Assembly: GCA_039794845.1 (NCBI GenBank)
Contig: JAUQVK010000088.1
Location: 1 to 17,207 of the forward strand
Length of the DNA stretch: 17,207 nt
DNA from: Thermostichus sp. DRC_bins_24
GTDB taxonomy: Bacteria > Cyanobacteriota > Cyanobacteriia > Thermostichales > Thermostichaceae
Reading direction: 5' to 3'
A program made the position numbers and the translations under genes. A model generated the notes under the pieces. It did no database searches and had not been told where the DNA came from. It was given only the letters and a program-made list of their open reading frames with translations. Shown here piece by piece: positions 16,462 through 17,207 of this stretch. Position 1 is the first letter of the stretch. Every line of letters starts with the position of its first letter.

Positions 16462-17157
16462 ATGCAGGGCAAACAGATCGTAATCACGGGTAGCACAGGC
16501 GGGTTGGGTTTGGGGGTAACCCCGGTGGTGCTGGCAAGCGGCGCAGAACTCACCTTGCCCTACCGCCGAGAAAAAGACCTTGCTGCTTTACGAGAAGCCT
16601 TGCCCGCCAAGGCCTTGGATCGCATCCGCTTCGTGCAGGTGGATCTGCTGGATGAGGTCGCCATTGCCCAGATGATCGACAACATGCGGCGGGTGGATGG
16701 TTTAATTCATTTGGTCGGGGGCTTTGCCATGGGGCCCACCCACGAGTACAGCTTGGAGCATTGGCGCAAAGATTTTGATCTCAACCTCACCACCACCTTC
16801 TTGATGTGCAAACACAGCTTGCGCAAAATGTGGCAGCAAGGTTACGGGCGCATTGTTACGGTGGGATCCCGAGGGGCCGTGGAGCCGGGCCCACAACTGG
16901 CGGCCTACTGTGCCTCCAAAGCAGGGGTTGTGGCCCTCACCCGCAGCATCGCTGCCGAGACCAAAGGCACGGACATTACGGCCAACGTCGTCTTGCCGAG
17001 CATCATCGATACACCGGCCAACCGAGCCGCCATGGGATCCGAGCGGGCGAAGCTGTGGGTAAAGCCGGAGTCTCTCGGGCGGGTGATCGCCTTTTTGGTG
17101 TCTGAAGAAGCGCGGGATCTGCGGGGGGCAGTAATCCCGGTGTATGGCAATGCTTGA
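16462..17157 (+). CDS. Short-chain dehydrogenase/reductase (FabG-like)
   Basis: TGSTGGLG Rossmann motif, catalytic YCASK, and NVVLPSIIDT. Confidence 0.9.
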   Translation: MQGKQIVITGSTGGLGLGVTPVVLASGAELTLPYRREKDLAALREALPAKALDRIRFVQVDLLDEVAIAQMIDNMRRVDGLIHLVGGFAMGPTHEYSLEHWRKDFDLNLTTTFLMCKHSLRKMWQQGYGRIVTVGSRGAVEPGPQLAAYCASKAGVVALTRSIAAETKGTDITANVVLPSIIDTPANRAAMGSERAKLWVKPESLGRVIAFLVSEEARDLRGAVIPVYGNA

Positions 17158-17207
17158 ATCCAATACAGAACCTTGGGTAAACCACCTGGCGCAATGCCTA
17201 ACGACAG

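Larger units (their letters stand above)
2836..16870. repeat. Dispersed highly iterated palindrome GGGATCCC (HIP-type)
   Basis: Copies counted by eye at 2836, 3323, 3415, 3511, 3580, 3894, 9900, 10038, 11455, 11690, 12544, 14364, 15910, 16152 and 16863. Fewer than one would be expected by chance in 17 kb. Confidence 0.9.

Noticed and set aside
16462..17157. Gene symbol fabG
   Set aside because: It is an SDR, but it lacks the NNAG motif (HLVGG instead) and has no fatty-acid synthesis context, so the substrate is unknown.
1..17207. tRNA/rRNA or known riboswitch genes
   Set aside because: I recognised no cloverleaf or rRNA-like sequence in the intergenic regions; a covariance model scan would be needed to exclude small RNAs.

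Overview
This looks like a window from a hot-spring cyanobacterium of the Synechococcus OS-A/OS-B' (Thermostichus) type. That is inferred from about 15 hand-counted copies of the palindrome GGGATCCC, no canonical GCGATCGC seen, and cyanobacterial-type gene content. The right part (6896-17157) is housekeeping: sppA, yvcK, rapZ, nth, rseP, nfu, a PIN/TRAM protein, a GAF histidine kinase, rsmA and an SDR. The left part (1-6899) is an accessory block with four components. (i) A candidate lipoprotein-anchored polymorphic toxin locus: a 719-aa lipoprotein ends in an AT-rich GxxHIxxRH RNase-like tip, followed by a coupled immunity-like gene and an orphan tip/immunity cassette. The orphan carries a 45-bp copy of the main gene and a cassette-leader repeat that recurs at the window edge, which suggests the array continues. 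(ii) A truncated mrp Na+/H+ antiporter operon: a collapsed mrpD remnant followed by intact-looking mrpE-F-G-DUF4040-B. (iii) A 3x24-bp double-mini-hairpin repeat sitting between an RBS and its ATG. (iv) A ~310-bp IS200/IS605-like remnant whose right end supplies the sppA stop codon. All family assignments come from motif recognition by eye; no searches were run.
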